Shown piece by piece: positions 42,034-53,686 of a stretch of DNA of 64,000 bases. The notes under the pieces were generated by a model. It ran no database searches. It had not been told where the DNA came from and worked only from the letters and a program-made list of their open reading frames with translations. The position numbers and the translations under genes were made by a program. How positions within the stretch are numbered: position 1 is the stretch's first letter; every line of letters begins with the position of its first letter. Source of the stretch: Trypanosoma brucei (Eukaryota); assembly GCA_000002445.1 (NCBI GenBank), contig CH464491.1, positions 2,912,001 to 2,976,000 of the forward strand, in the 5' to 3' direction.

Positions 42034-43020
42034 ATGTCTAACACATGTAAGCGTGTGGCTGTTACGGGGGCAGCGGGACAAATTGGTTACTCGCTGCTAC
42101 CACTTATTGCAGCAGGGCGTATGCTCGGTTTCGACCAGCGCGTGCAGCTGCAGCTATTGGATATTAGCCCGGCTCTGAAGGCGCTTGAGGGGATTCGAGC
42201 TGAACTTATGGATTGTTCTTTCCCTCTACTGGACGGCGTCGTTATTACAGACGAACCAAAGGTTGCCTTTGACAAGGCTGACATTGCCATTCTCTGCGGC
42301 GCCTTCCCGCGCAAACCGGGTATGGAAAGGAGGGATCTACTGCAGACAAATGCAAAAATATTTTCCGAGCAGGGTCGCGTGCTGGGTGAAGTTGCATCGC
42401 CCAATTGTCGTGTCTGCGTCGTGGGCAATCCAGCGAATACAAACGCTCTCATTCTGCTCCGTGAATCAAAGGGCAAGCTTAATCCCCGATTCGTGACGGC
42501 GCTTACTCGACTGGACCACAACCGCGCTACCGCCCAAGTGGCTGAGCGCGCGCGTGCCCGTGTTGAGGAGGTTAAAAATTGCATTATTTGGGGTAACCAC
42601 AGCGGCACTCAGGTGCCAGATGTCAACAGCGCAACTGTTGGTGGGAAGCCCGCGCGCGCTGCCGTGGATAACGGCGCTTTTTTTGACAATGAATTCATCA
42701 CAATCGTTCAGGAACGGGGAGCTGAGATAATGAAGCTACGAGGACTCTCGTCAGCACTATCAGCTGCGAAAGCAATCGTGGATCATGTTCACGACTGGAT
42801 GCTGGGCACGCCTTCCGGGACCCACGTGTCGATGGCTGTGTACTCCGACGGCAATCCCTACGGAGTACCTGGTGGCCTCATCTTTTCTTTCCCCGTTACT
42901 TGCAGTGGTGGGGAGTGGCAAATTGTCAGTGGACTCAATGTGACGCCCGCGATCTCCGAGCGCATTAAAGCAACAACAACGGAGCTCGAGGAGGAACGTA
43001 GAGAGGTCTCCACAGCCTAG
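42034..43020 (+). CDS. cMDH: Malate dehydrogenase, cytosolic type
   Basis: NAD-binding '[21 protein letters not shown]', catalytic 'LTRLDHNRA' and 'IWGNHS'. The 328-aa length and MDH2-like architecture fit a cytosolic eukaryotic MDH. Confidence 0.9.
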   Translation: MSNTCKRVAVTGAAGQIGYSLLPLIAAGRMLGFDQRVQLQLLDISPALKALEGIRAELMDCSFPLLDGVVITDEPKVAFDKADIAILCGAFPRKPGMERRDLLQTNAKIFSEQGRVLGEVASPNCRVCVVGNPANTNALILLRESKGKLNPRFVTALTRLDHNRATAQVAERARARVEEVKNCIIWGNHSGTQVPDVNSATVGGKPARAAVDNGAFFDNEFITIVQERGAEIMKLRGLSSALSAAKAIVDHVHDWMLGTPSGTHVSMAVYSDGNPYGVPGGLIFSFPVTCSGGEWQIVSGLNVTPAISERIKATTTELEEERREVSTA

Positions 43021-43685
43021 TTTATTTTGCTATTTTGCGGTGCTATATGAAACTAATGAGTATGATGTAATGGGGGGGGGAAAAAGAGTGACGGTGACAG
43101 GATCAAACGAAAAGAAGGCATGTATGCGTATATATTGTAATCTGACTATCTATATTATGCAGGTACTCACCTCAGGGGGGAGAATATGGAAACCGGGATG
43201 ATGCGGTGCCGTTGGTTGAAATGGATGTGTCCGATTCCCGTTGATTCTTTCTTTTGTATGGGTGATTTTGTTCAACTTTTGTTGGCGGAAGATGGCCCCC
43301 TCTTAACTAAAGGTTTCACTTCTCTTCGTTCGCGTCCTATTTATGTGATGGTGCTGTTCGTGACCCATTTCAATGAGGAGGTTGAAGCAGTTTTAATGAA
43401 GCCATTTTCTCAGCGTTTCTGCATGGGTGGGGGCGTGTGGGTCCCAGTGTTACTCCTCCACACTTGTATGTTTTCTGCTTCGGGCTGTGTTTGCGGATTC
43501 ATCTCCTGTTACTTTTATCCCGTCTTTCTCTTCGCTGTTTCTACATGTGTGTGTGTGTGTTGATACTACCTCTGATATCCCATAACTGCTGGGAAGGTGT
43601 GGGAACCGCGCAAAGGGAGTTTTTTACTTTTGTGTCCGTTTGTAAGTTTACGTCATCTGATTCTTTACGGGGCCGTGTAGCGGGA

Positions 43686-45026
43686 ATGGCGCTTTCATTA
43701 GAGGACAGCAATGCTGCGCTGCGGTGTCAGCGTAACCGAGCCGTGGCAGCCGCAACACTTGCCGACTCAATGCTTACGAGGTCTGGTCTTGTTTGTGACG
43801 AGGCTCACAGTAAAACTTTTTTTTCAACCCATACGAGGCCGATTGTACGGTACGGTAGCTTTGAAGAGTTGTTGCAGACGCACCTGAAACCCGATCCAAA
43901 TGGTGAAGCGCGCGAATTATTGCGTGTCCTTCAGTCAGTGCCTGTTCTGCGCGATGAGCTCGCTCTCCTCGACGATGCGACGCTGAAGAATGTTTGTTCG
44001 TTTCTTGGTACCAACTCAAGGGATCTGGCCCGGCTTGGTTCCGTATGCCGCCGCCTGCATGGCATTGCCATCGCCTTTACCCCTCCTGAGGTCGTTGTAG
44101 TGCCGAGCATGGTATCGTCACACGGCCTCATGAGCGATGTTATCATGGACTCCCTTTGCTCCTTCTTCAGTTCGTACAAGCGCGGGCAGTTTGTACAGCG
44201 CCTCAGGCTTGTCGCTTCCAAGTACGCTTCCACGTTGGCGATAAATGATTCCCTTCCACTTTGTAGTCCTCATGCCTTCCCAGCGCTGGCTAAGGTTTTT
44301 CCTTCACTAACGTATCTAGACTTGCGTGGTGTTCGCTGGAACGCTCAGTGCTTCCCAGGACTTGAGCAGAGCTTTTTCAGCGACCTCTACGTTGCGACGC
44401 CACATCTGCAGACGTTGAAGGTTGGTGTTTCCCTACTTGTTTATTGGTCACCGGGTTGGTGGCAACGGCTACCGACGCTTTCGCATTTTGTCGTGGGTTC
44501 TCGCCGCGACGACCAAGCAGCAGCACTGCCTTCCGATGTGTTTGAAATGCTCCGTGCACCGCAAAGGTCGTGGAGTGTGAAGTTTTGGTGCGTAGTGAAA
44601 CGGGAGACTTTGCTTCTTTTCTTCTTGGCTACACAGCCACTACCGGGGGTGCGTGAGCTTGCGCTCAACATAGGTAACATCGATTTGGCAGAGGCCTTTT
44701 CTCGGCAGCCCACGAGAGCAGTGCGTGAGGAGAGCCGCGGGCGGAAATCTGCGAAGGGTTCTAGGATGAACACACCCCGGCGTGCAGCTGGAGGCAACTC
44801 TAACGAAGGGGATTTGTGTGTATCTTTTCCGTCAATGACCGCACTCACAGTAGCAAATTTAGATCGTGTTCCCCTGTTGGCCCACAAACTCCTTTCGTGG
44901 ATTTCACAGCGTGCGCCGGCTCTAAGGCATTTTAATATAGTGACTACTGCACGTATCCCACCACCACCAACTCGACTCAAAAGGCAAATGATGGCTGAAC
45001 AAGCACATCTCACTGCAACCAGCTAG
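43686..45026 (+). CDS. F-box/LRR-like hypothetical protein
   Basis: The track start at 43437 is GTG and runs through a polypyrimidine tract. The first plausible ATG is 43686 ('MALSLEDSNAAL'). F-box-like segment 'LLRVLQSVPVLRDELALLDDATLKNVCSFL...LGSVCRRLHGIA', followed by LRR-like 'LTYLDLRGVRWN'. Confidence 0.5.
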   Translation: MALSLEDSNAALRCQRNRAVAAATLADSMLTRSGLVCDEAHSKTFFSTHTRPIVRYGSFEELLQTHLKPDPNGEARELLRVLQSVPVLRDELALLDDATLKNVCSFLGTNSRDLARLGSVCRRLHGIAIAFTPPEVVVVPSMVSSHGLMSDVIMDSLCSFFSSYKRGQFVQRLRLVASKYASTLAINDSLPLCSPHAFPALAKVFPSLTYLDLRGVRWNAQCFPGLEQSFFSDLYVATPHLQTLKVGVSLLVYWSPGWWQRLPTLSHFVVGSRRDDQAAALPSDVFEMLRAPQRSWSVKFWCVVKRETLLLFFLATQPLPGVRELALNIGNIDLAEAFSRQPTRAVREESRGRKSAKGSRMNTPRRAAGGNSNEGDLCVSFPSMTALTVANLDRVPLLAHKLLSWISQRAPALRHFNIVTTARIPPPPTRLKRQMMAEQAHLTATS

Positions 45027-45541
45027 GCGAAGAGGGGGTGAATCCTAGGGTGGTGCATACAGCCTGAGCGGGGGGAAGTGTACGTCTGCTTGTGGTGGTG
45101 AGGAGTAGAAAAACAAATGTAAAAAAGATATTAATACTCATAGAGCGCTAATTCGCCGCACGGCGATACCGCGCACTGTGTATTTGCGGGGGTAACGCCC
45201 AGGCATCGGGGGTACGGCATCCCGAATAACCACCAATTATGTGCATGGACACCTACCGTCCTAATGTTTCTGTGTGCTTCCGTTTCCGCATATCTATCTT
45301 TATCAGTTTCCGGTGTTGCCGGATTCTTTGTGTCTGCCCTGTTTTCCCTCTCTTTCTTTACTGTTTTCAGCTTTCTCACTGTTATTATTATTGTTACAGT
45401 TATTGCTATTATCATTTTTATTTAACCCTGATCTGGACGTATTTGCTGCGGTTACGAAGTTTAGGGCGCAGTCGTACATCATTTCCTCTCTTTCGTTTTC
45501 AGCGTGCAGGGTATTTACTTCCATCCACGATAACTGTCTGT

Positions 45542-46948
45542 ATGATGTCCACTGAATCCCTTGAGTGCTGTGAGTGTTCATTGCCTGTGGGCAATGAAGG
45601 GAAAATGCGGGCCGTTTTGCTTGTTCCGTGTCAACATGTCCTCCATGCTGGTTGCAGCGAGTTCATACGCAAGCGCAGAAGGATACAACAACGCCTCAGT
45701 GCCTGCGGGGACGGCTTTGACGCTGAGCCTGAGGCATGCGCCCCGGTGGAACCCAGTGATGGTCGTCTAGTCGCTTGTCCGGCTTGCTTGTGCCCCATTC
45801 AACGACTCGTACCGCTGTTCCTTAACAGCAGTAATACCCCCGGGGTCGGCGACACCAGTGGATATGGAGGTGCCGGCAACATTCGGCATGATGGTGATGA
45901 GGGGGATGTTATCGGGCAAGACATAAGTCAACGGGTTGTGGGAGATGGAAGAAGTGGCGACACGATGTTGCAGTTTAAGCAGGTTTTCTACAGACAGCAG
46001 TCGTTCATTGAAAAGATGAGTGAGCTGTGTAAACAGCGGGAGAACGTGGCGCAGTTAACCAGGTCATGTGCAATGCTGCACGCACGCCGCACAGATTTGG
46101 AGAGCGAGATAGAGAGGCTCTCTAGCATAATTCCGAACGTAATGGCCTCTGCGAACACACCCCGGTTGAACGGTGACAAACCTCCAGTAGAGCACATGAC
46201 GGCGACAGAACTGGAGCTCTATATCACTCAGTCTTCAGCAGAGTTGAGCAACTTAGAACGCGAATTACGTGATCAGCGATCGGCCACGGAGAAAAAAATA
46301 AAAAAAGCAAAAGAACTTCAAACGAAGTACCGCAGAATGAGGGCAACTGTGCTTGCGGACGTAAAGAAGGATAGCTACGTCGGTATTCACTGTGAAGAGA
46401 GTGAGCGCAAAACTCCGGTGGAAGAGGGTTCTTTGCTCCTGACTTGTAGCAGTGATGTAGAGAACGAGGTCGTGCGCTATAGTGAACGCCCTCACGCTTT
46501 ATCTGCTCCGGCTTCGGACACCGAAGAAGCTGTCATGAGGAAACATGCGTTAATAATCTCTTCCGGAAGCAGTTGTTGCAGTACCTCTGATGTTGAGGAG
46601 GTGAAGCATGTGGAAAGGGGCGCTGAAGAGATTTCTCTGGATGATGGTGACGGTGATGATGATGTTATCATTATTGATGACTCGCCCCAGCCTCGATCAT
46701 CAAGGTTGACGAGAGGCTCGTGGGGTCGTGTTGGCAGCGAATACAATCGCGGTAGAGGCTCAGCTGGTCAGCAGGGCCTTGCGAATGATAGAGCTGAACT
46801 GTTAGATGAAGACGATGTGATGTGGCACCCACAGGCGCAGCGCACCCGGCCGATGTTCAGTCAAACGGTGTCCACACCGCGTGCTTCGCAGTTTCTGCCT
46901 CGTCGAGTCGACCGTCTTTTTCAGTCGTCGCTGGAGGGTTTTCGGTGA
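45542..46948 (+). CDS. RING-type zinc finger protein with a coiled coil
   Basis: The track ORF starts at 45239 but first translates a pyrimidine-rich tract; the likely start is ATG 45542 ('MMSTESLECCECS'). Cys/His spacing C-x2-C...C-x-H-x2-H-x2-C...C-x2-C fits a RING variant. Followed by the coiled coil 'LERELRDQRSATEKKIKKAKELQ' and an acidic tail. Confidence 0.55.
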   Translation: MMSTESLECCECSLPVGNEGKMRAVLLVPCQHVLHAGCSEFIRKRRRIQQRLSACGDGFDAEPEACAPVEPSDGRLVACPACLCPIQRLVPLFLNSSNTPGVGDTSGYGGAGNIRHDGDEGDVIGQDISQRVVGDGRSGDTMLQFKQVFYRQQSFIEKMSELCKQRENVAQLTRSCAMLHARRTDLESEIERLSSIIPNVMASANTPRLNGDKPPVEHMTATELELYITQSSAELSNLERELRDQRSATEKKIKKAKELQTKYRRMRATVLADVKKDSYVGIHCEESERKTPVEEGSLLLTCSSDVENEVVRYSERPHALSAPASDTEEAVMRKHALIISSGSSCCSTSDVEEVKHVERGAEEISLDDGDGDDDVIIIDDSPQPRSSRLTRGSWGRVGSEYNRGRGSAGQQGLANDRAELLDEDDVMWHPQAQRTRPMFSQTVSTPRASQFLPRRVDRLFQSSLEGFR

Positions 46949-47340
46949 ATGGGAGATGGGTATAAATTGGGTTAAAACGACACTGATGATGTCGAGGTTG
47001 GGCACATGCAACATATATACGCAGACGTTTATATCGTCCGATCCAGTCGTTTATGTGAGCACAGCTTACCAACTTTTTTTTAGCGAAAGTGTACCTTTTC
47101 TACCCGCTTTTGTGGTTAGAGTTAGTCCCATATTGTTCTTGTGAGTGCATTTACTGTGTCGTTGTTGATCTGCTGGTTGTTCTCTTCCTCTCCCCACGAC
47201 CGTTGCCTCTTTGGGGATACCCCTGTCATTCCATTCCATGGTTCCCTTGTTTTTTCTCCCTCTCCAAAAACTTTATTTACCCTCAATCGATTTGGACGCC
47301 GACTTTTTTTTTTTACTTTTCAAATGCTGCAGCATGGTTG

Positions 47341-50300
47341 ATGAATCCGTTTATTTTACCGCCATTAGAGAGACCCGCTACTGGGGGGCCGTGGACTTCC
47401 CATGTGCGGCTGCCCCCGGAATCCGAAAAGATTTTGGAAACTATGCCCAAACGCCTTTTGCCAGCCATCGAAAAGAGTTACCTCTCGGCGAGTGTAAAAA
47501 AACTTAGTATATGGAAGCCGGAGCCTCGTTTTGAAGATATGATCGAGGCACTTGAGCGCCAGCAGCGCAAGTTGCGAGCGACGATTGGAGGCCGTGAGCA
47601 CGAATGCCGCTACCGTCTGCTCTGGCAGCACCAAGAAGAGAAGGTAATTATTGAGTGTCGAACTGAAGCGGCATCTGTATCCGAGCTGATGAGGCAGCGA
47701 GCGCGCTATTCCCAGAAGGTTCGGGATTTTGAGGCCCGCGGCCACGTTTTACACGTAGAGACGCTCACGCGTGGCCACATATATAAGTCGGAGGAGGATG
47801 CGCGAAAGCACATAGAATCACTTGAAGCCATGATGTCTCTAAAGGGGTTGCGACACAAGGCCTCACGGGATGTAGAATCAGCAGAGTCTATCCTGCATGG
47901 TTTATGTGACGTGCAGGAGTTCGAGAGATGTGTTGCCCAAGGTTCGTTTCACCCGTCAAAGATTTTCAAACCTGTAACATCGTTGATAATGACTCGCAAC
48001 ACCGGTACGGGTCATTATCAGGGTAGAACAGACCTTCTTATGGACTACACTGTTTGCGATGAGGAGTGTCGGGCAAGGGCCAGACTGCTGTTCGGCGAGA
48101 GGCTTGCACTAATGGACCTTTATTGCGAGCATAACGCGGTTGTGACGATAGCTGTGGAGGAGTCGTCCGCTCGTGCAGCAATGTGGCGCGCGTTTCGTTG
48201 GGGCAGGTGCCAGGCACGGCTGGAGGCTTTGCTTATAATACAGAGATGGTGGCGAATGTTACGTGTGAAACCGTGGTTAGTGCGACGTAAACAGGGTATC
48301 AGTGAGTGCTTTAGGAAGAAACGCTGGAAAATGACTGCATCTGACTACCATGCTTTGCTGTCACGCATGCGGCGGAGCCGCGCGCTGGTTGGTGGCCCGT
48401 CTTCTCTCACTGATATCAGGCAATCCATGGCTGCGGTAGAACGAGCGGCTGAATTGTCCCATCAATGGCTTTACGATTATTTTGTGTACACGTTGATGAA
48501 TCGAGCCGCACAACTGCATCGCCTGATTCAGCACGACCTGGGGATCCACTCTGTCGAAGAGTATGCTGAACGAAGCGCAGAAGAGGAAGATGAAGCCACC
48601 TCGTCGCTTCCCCTTTCATTGCTGCGGATGCCATACCGCGTTTTCGTTCGCATGCAGGCGAAGCAACCGTACCCTTCATGGCGTATCAATCGCTGGGTTG
48701 AGGGCTCTATCAGCCTCATGCGGCTTCAGGAGGGTCTTATGGCGGAAGAATCGCGGCTCCGTGATGTACTGCACGGAAGGGAAGCCCGTGAAACGGATGC
48801 GCTGAAGCTCTTTCAGTTTGTACTAAATAAAGGTGATTGGCCCTGGCGTTCGTTCTGTACAGCTATGCATTTCATTGTGCACGATGAGAGTATCGGGCGC
48901 GATCTTGTGGCAGAGAGTGAGCGGAATGCCAGGTCTACATTGTCCGTAGAAGAGGCCGCTGAGGCGTCACAGTATTTTACCCTGGAGAGTGAAAGGCTTT
49001 ACATTCTGCAGGAAGAGGCCCTGCGGCGAGAGGCCATTGAGAAGGAGGAGAGCACTGTGTTCGGTGATGCAACAGAAGGGGAGTGGCGTTGGGAGAATCT
49101 GTGCAAAACCCGGATGCGATTCGCAGCCTCTTGCGGCTGTGTCCTCCACTGGGAGCGGGAGCGGGACCGAGGTTTAGGGTCCAAACATGTTTCACTGGAT
49201 TCGGTTGCGCGTGTCATCACACGCTTCTTCCGCCGTGTTCAGCGACGCCGCAGGTTGGCCGCTGCCCGTTCCAAAGATGCCTCTGAGGAAACGCGTGTTC
49301 GGGAGATCGCGTCTGCCATGAAAAGGTTGTTGGAGGGCATTATTGAGGAGGACAAGCAGTTAATACCACATTACATAGCGCAGTTTGGGGCTGCCGCTAC
49401 CGCTGTTCTTTCCCCGGTTTCCACTAGTAGGGCCACTGAACTTTGTTCCCAGGCTATAGGAACCCAGGAAGACGCGTCCTATATTGACACTTCAGCCTCA
49501 CTGTTTAGCGAATGGTTTGATGCGCAGGCAAGTGAACCGATGGAGCGAAACTACAAGGAGATTGTTGCCCGGTTTATTGCCGCACACAAGGATCTATATA
49601 GGGACATGCAGCATCTTTTCTACATTGTGCGCCGGGTTAGGGAAGGTGTTGAGGAGTCTGAGTTGAGCGAGCGCATTGCATTGCAGCAAAGTGAGGCGTT
49701 TCTCCAAGTCGCCACCTACCAGGTAAGTGTTTGTGAGGAGAAAGGGCGATTGAAACTCGTTGAAGAGATTGAAAGTGCTCATTTGGACATGTGCGAGCAG
49801 TTGGAAATGCTGGGCGCTTTGGCTTGGTGCACAACTCCGAGTACTAGGCCTAAACCTTTCGTTTTCCCACTAACTAAGGCGAGGAAGGCGAAACCAGAGG
49901 TCACCAACGCGTTGCTACCACTTCCCATATACATGACAAATACCAATCGCCTCTTATGCCGGGAGGAAGTTACACGCGTCCGAATCGCTGTAGAGGAACT
50001 GAGGGAGTACAAGGCATATCTGGAGAACGCACACAACCTTCTGCATGACGATGTGGTGCGTGAAGAGGCTACTCAGCGCCTGTTGCTATGTGCTAAAGTG
50101 GACAACTATTACCCCAGTAATCCGCCTGTAGCCCAGCTTGCAGCGCTTGTAGAAGAAGAGACTCACACACGTATCCCGACAGAGGAGGAGGCTCTAGGCA
50201 CGTACAGTTCCCCTATGCTCCGATCTGTCTCTGAATACGCTGAGCACGTACTCTTCAAACGTTTCCTCCAGGGGTTCTTAAAGTTCTCGAGCGAGGCTCA

Positions 50301-50463
50301 GTACTTTGATCGCCATGTAACGGTGTTGCTCCTCCAGAGGGTTTCATTTCTTGGCAGTAAGCTTCGCGAGCTTTTGGCCATGGAGAGCTGTGCACGCGGG
50401 AGGTTGGAGTTTTATGAGGAACGATACCGTGACGCACTTCGCGAGGCATACTACGAGAAGTAA
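47341..50463 (+). CDS. Large hypothetical protein with IQ-like motifs
   Basis: The track start at 47089 is GTG. Candidate ATGs are at 47341 and 47443. IQ-like motifs 'LLIIQRWWRMLRVKPWLVRRK' and 'RVITRFFRRVQRRRRLAAARS'. The protein is helical and acidic. Confidence 0.5.
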   Translation: MNPFILPPLERPATGGPWTSHVRLPPESEKILETMPKRLLPAIEKSYLSASVKKLSIWKPEPRFEDMIEALERQQRKLRATIGGREHECRYRLLWQHQEEKVIIECRTEAASVSELMRQRARYSQKVRDFEARGHVLHVETLTRGHIYKSEEDARKHIESLEAMMSLKGLRHKASRDVESAESILHGLCDVQEFERCVAQGSFHPSKIFKPVTSLIMTRNTGTGHYQGRTDLLMDYTVCDEECRARARLLFGERLALMDLYCEHNAVVTIAVEESSARAAMWRAFRWGRCQARLEALLIIQRWWRMLRVKPWLVRRKQGISECFRKKRWKMTASDYHALLSRMRRSRALVGGPSSLTDIRQSMAAVERAAELSHQWLYDYFVYTLMNRAAQLHRLIQHDLGIHSVEEYAERSAEEEDEATSSLPLSLLRMPYRVFVRMQAKQPYPSWRINRWVEGSISLMRLQEGLMAEESRLRDVLHGREARETDALKLFQFVLNKGDWPWRSFCTAMHFIVHDESIGRDLVAESERNARSTLSVEEAAEASQYFTLESERLYILQEEALRREAIEKEESTVFGDATEGEWRWENLCKTRMRFAASCGCVLHWERERDRGLGSKHVSLDSVARVITRFFRRVQRRRRLAAARSKDASEETRVREIASAMKRLLEGIIEEDKQLIPHYIAQFGAAATAVLSPVSTSRATELCSQAIGTQEDASYIDTSASLFSEWFDAQASEPMERNYKEIVARFIAAHKDLYRDMQHLFYIVRRVREGVEESELSERIALQQSEAFLQVATYQVSVCEEKGRLKLVEEIESAHLDMCEQLEMLGALAWCTTPSTRPKPFVFPLTKARKAKPEVTNALLPLPIYMTNTNRLLCREEVTRVRIAVEELREYKAYLENAHNLLHDDVVREEATQRLLLCAKVDNYYPSNPPVAQLAALVEEETHTRIPTEEEALGTYSSPMLRSVSEYAEHVLFKRFLQGFLKFSSEAQYFDRHVTVLLLQRVSFLGSKLRELLAMESCARGRLEFYEERYRDALREAYYEK

Positions 50464-51243
50464 TGCCACCGTGTTTCTTAACCATGCTTTTTTTTAATTC
50501 TCCCCTTCCTGTCACTGTATCATTACGAACGAAGAAAAGGGGAAAGTGCCGCACATGTATTTTTATGAAATAAGAACCTATGTCATATAGCAGTAAGCCG
50601 TGGTAGCACCATGCCACGGAAATAAGTTTCACTATATGTAAGCGCTAACACACATATGCGCGCGAAAAGCAAAAAAAAAAAAAGAAAAAAAGTAGACGAG
50701 GAGAATTTTTAAAAAGGGTATATTTATTTAAGCATGTACCTAAGAGCGCACGGGCCAGACAAAGCATGAGTGCCAACACAGTTATCCGCACACACGCATC
50801 AGAAGGTACTGTTCTCCATTTTCTTCCATCAGGAAGCATGGTGTAATTATTTCTCACGAAAGTTGTACGACTAGTAGTACCCTTTTTCTCCCTTTTCTCT
50901 GTGGCTTTTTTAAAAGCTTCCTTTATTTTCTTTTTCCTTTTGAGCTAACTCTACCTCCGCAGCCGCCAGCGTTCTCAATGCAGTTTTGCGTGTAAGTCAC
51001 TTGCCTCTTGGCCAAGTAGACTCGATATGCAACACCAGGAGCGCCGCACGCATAACAATTTGCGTTTACGCGTCTACGTTAGTGTGCAGATGTTATGATA
51101 CTTTTGTTTTAACTTTGCTCCGCGTCCTTGGCGTTGGTATTGTTGCAATCTTTCATCGGCCAGTGCCTGTATATTTCAATATCCTCCTGCTTTTTATCCT
51201 TGCTACTGCCTCTGAAAACAAGGAATATCTGTCTCTTTGAAGG

Positions 51244-53274
51244 ATGACATACGAAGGCGCCATTGGTATCGACCTCGGTACGACGTACTCGTGCGTTGGT
51301 GTGTGGCAGAACGAACGTGTGGAAATCATTGCAAATGACCAGGGTAACCGTACGACGCCGTCCTACGTTGCTTTCGTCAATAATGAGGTTCTTGTTGGCG
51401 ATGCGGCGAAGAACCACGCCGCTCGTGGCTCGAATGGTGTTATATTCGACGCGAAACGGCTGATCGGACGGAAGTTCTCCGACTCTGTCGTGCAGTCCGA
51501 CATGAAGCACTGGCCCTTCAAGGTCGAGGAGGGCGAGAAAGGTGGTGCTGTGATGAGGGTAGAGCATCTTGGAGAGGGGATGTTACTGCAGCCCGAGCAA
51601 ATATCTGCCCGTGTCCTTGCGTACCTGAAGTCTTGTGCGGAGTCGTATCTTGGGAAGCAGGTGGCTAAGGCTGTCGTAACAGTGCCTGCATACTTCAACG
51701 ACTCGCAGCGCCAGGCAACGAAGGACGCGGGGACGATTGCTGGTCTGGAGGTGCTGCGCATCATCAACGAGCCAACGGCTGCTGCAATTGCCTATGGCCT
51801 GGACAAGGCTGATGAGGGGAAGGAACGCAACGTTTTGGTGTTTGACTTTGGAGGTGGAACGTTTGACGTCTCAATTATTTCAGTAAGCGGCGGTGTTTTC
51901 GAGGTGAAAGCCACAAATGGTGACACCCACCTTGGTGGAGAGGATGTGGACGCCGCACTGCTGGAGCACGCACTTGCTGATATAAGGAACCGTTATGGAA
52001 TAGAACAGGGCTCTCTGTCCCAAAAGATGCTATCCAAGCTGCGTTCACGGTGTGAGGAAGTGAAGCGAGTACTGTCACACTCGACAGTGGGGGAAATTGC
52101 ACTCGACGGGCTGCTTCCCGACGGCGAGGAATACGTGCTCAAGCTAACGCGAGCGAGGTTGGAAGAGCTATGCACGAAAATTTTTGCTCGCTGTTTGAGT
52201 GTGGTACAGAGGGCGTTGAAGGACGCTTCAATGAAGGTTGAGGATATTGAGGATGTTGTGCTTGTCGGGGGAAGTTCTCGGATTCCTGCTGTGCAGGCTC
52301 AGTTAAGGGAGCTATTCAGAGGTAAGCAACTCTGCAGCAGTGTGCACCCTGACGAGGCAGTGGCGTATGGGGCTGCAGTGCAGGCGCACGTACTTTCCGG
52401 TGGATATGGGGAGAGCTCTAGGACAGCAGGTATAGTGCTTCTGGATGTTGTGCCCCTTTCAATCGGCGTTGAAGTGGACGACGGTAAGTTTGATGTGATA
52501 ATTCGTCGGAACACAACCATTCCATACCTTGCGACCAAGGAGTACAGCACTGTGGATGACAATCAGAGTGAAGTGGAGATACAGGTTTTCGAAGGTGAGC
52601 GCCCCCTCACGCGTCACAACCACAGGCTAGGCTCCTTTGTTCTTGACGGTATTACCCCGGCAAAGCACGGTGAACCGACTATCACCGTTACTTTTAGTGT
52701 TGACGCCGACGGGATCCTGACCGTTACAGCCGCAGAAGAACTCGGGAGCGTAACAAAAACACTTGTTGTGGAGAACTCGGAGCGACTTACCAGTGAGGAA
52801 GTACAGAAGATGATTGAAGTTGCACAAAAGTTTGCCTTAACGGACGCCACCGCTCTGGCGAGGATGGAGGCCACCGAGAGGCTCACGCAGTGGTTTGACC
52901 GACTCGAAGCTGTAATGGAGACCGTCCCGCAACCATACTCAGAGAAGCTTCAAAAGCGTATTGCCTTTCTTCCGCACGGGAAAGAGTGGGTCGGCACACA
53001 GCTTCATACGTACACTGACGCGGCGTCGATAGAGGCGAAAGTAGCGAAGATTGAACGGCTTGCAAAGAGGGCCCTGAAATCGGCGCGTCGTGAAGGAAAG
53101 GATGGATGGGCACCGGGCAATGAGGACAATGGAAGCGGTGATGACAACGACGGTGACGATAACAGTGATGAGGACGACGAGCTCCAAAGGGGGAGGGGCG
53201 TGACAGAGGGATCGGGGAGGCCCCCGATAAGGAAACGCGACCGCATAGAGGCTATCAACGCAAACACAGAGTAA
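51244..53274 (+). CDS. HSP70.c: Atypical HSP70 with an acidic C-terminal tail (HSP70.c-like)
   Basis: Canonical HSP70 N-terminal signatures ('[12 protein letters not shown]', 'DLGGGTFD'-type '[10 protein letters not shown]', '[10 protein letters not shown]'), but a diverged substrate-binding domain and the tail '[15 protein letters not shown]'. No EEVD. Confidence 0.85.
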   Translation: MTYEGAIGIDLGTTYSCVGVWQNERVEIIANDQGNRTTPSYVAFVNNEVLVGDAAKNHAARGSNGVIFDAKRLIGRKFSDSVVQSDMKHWPFKVEEGEKGGAVMRVEHLGEGMLLQPEQISARVLAYLKSCAESYLGKQVAKAVVTVPAYFNDSQRQATKDAGTIAGLEVLRIINEPTAAAIAYGLDKADEGKERNVLVFDFGGGTFDVSIISVSGGVFEVKATNGDTHLGGEDVDAALLEHALADIRNRYGIEQGSLSQKMLSKLRSRCEEVKRVLSHSTVGEIALDGLLPDGEEYVLKLTRARLEELCTKIFARCLSVVQRALKDASMKVEDIEDVVLVGGSSRIPAVQAQLRELFRGKQLCSSVHPDEAVAYGAAVQAHVLSGGYGESSRTAGIVLLDVVPLSIGVEVDDGKFDVIIRRNTTIPYLATKEYSTVDDNQSEVEIQVFEGERPLTRHNHRLGSFVLDGITPAKHGEPTITVTFSVDADGILTVTAAEELGSVTKTLVVENSERLTSEEVQKMIEVAQKFALTDATALARMEATERLTQWFDRLEAVMETVPQPYSEKLQKRIAFLPHGKEWVGTQLHTYTDAASIEAKVAKIERLAKRALKSARREGKDGWAPGNEDNGSGDDNDGDDNSDEDDELQRGRGVTEGSGRPPIRKRDRIEAINANTE

Positions 53275-53686
53275 GTCGTAGAGGTGTCTAACGACCCCTT
53301 TACAATAATTTTTTAGTCCAGAAGTTTCTGAAGGTACCTATGCTTTCATTAAGGCTGCTATCATTACCGCTCTGTTATTCCCCTGTTCATCCATTCGTTA
53401 TACAACTTACTTTGACGAAATGTGTGATTGTTGAGCACGTTCTCTCGTCTTTCGTGATAACATACACATAGATGCATGCACTTGTATTTGTGAATGTCGT
53501 TGTGTGTGGCCGCGGTGTGCACATCCCCGCTCTACCGCAACATAACCGTGTATGTTTTTTATAAAATGGTTGACTTGTTTACACGTCCTGCTGTGTCTTT
53601 CTCTTACCATCTGCTTCACCTCTCTTTTCTGTGTTTCCCCCTTCCTTTCATGGAAATCGCCGGTAGTTTTCATTTATTTCGTGTAA

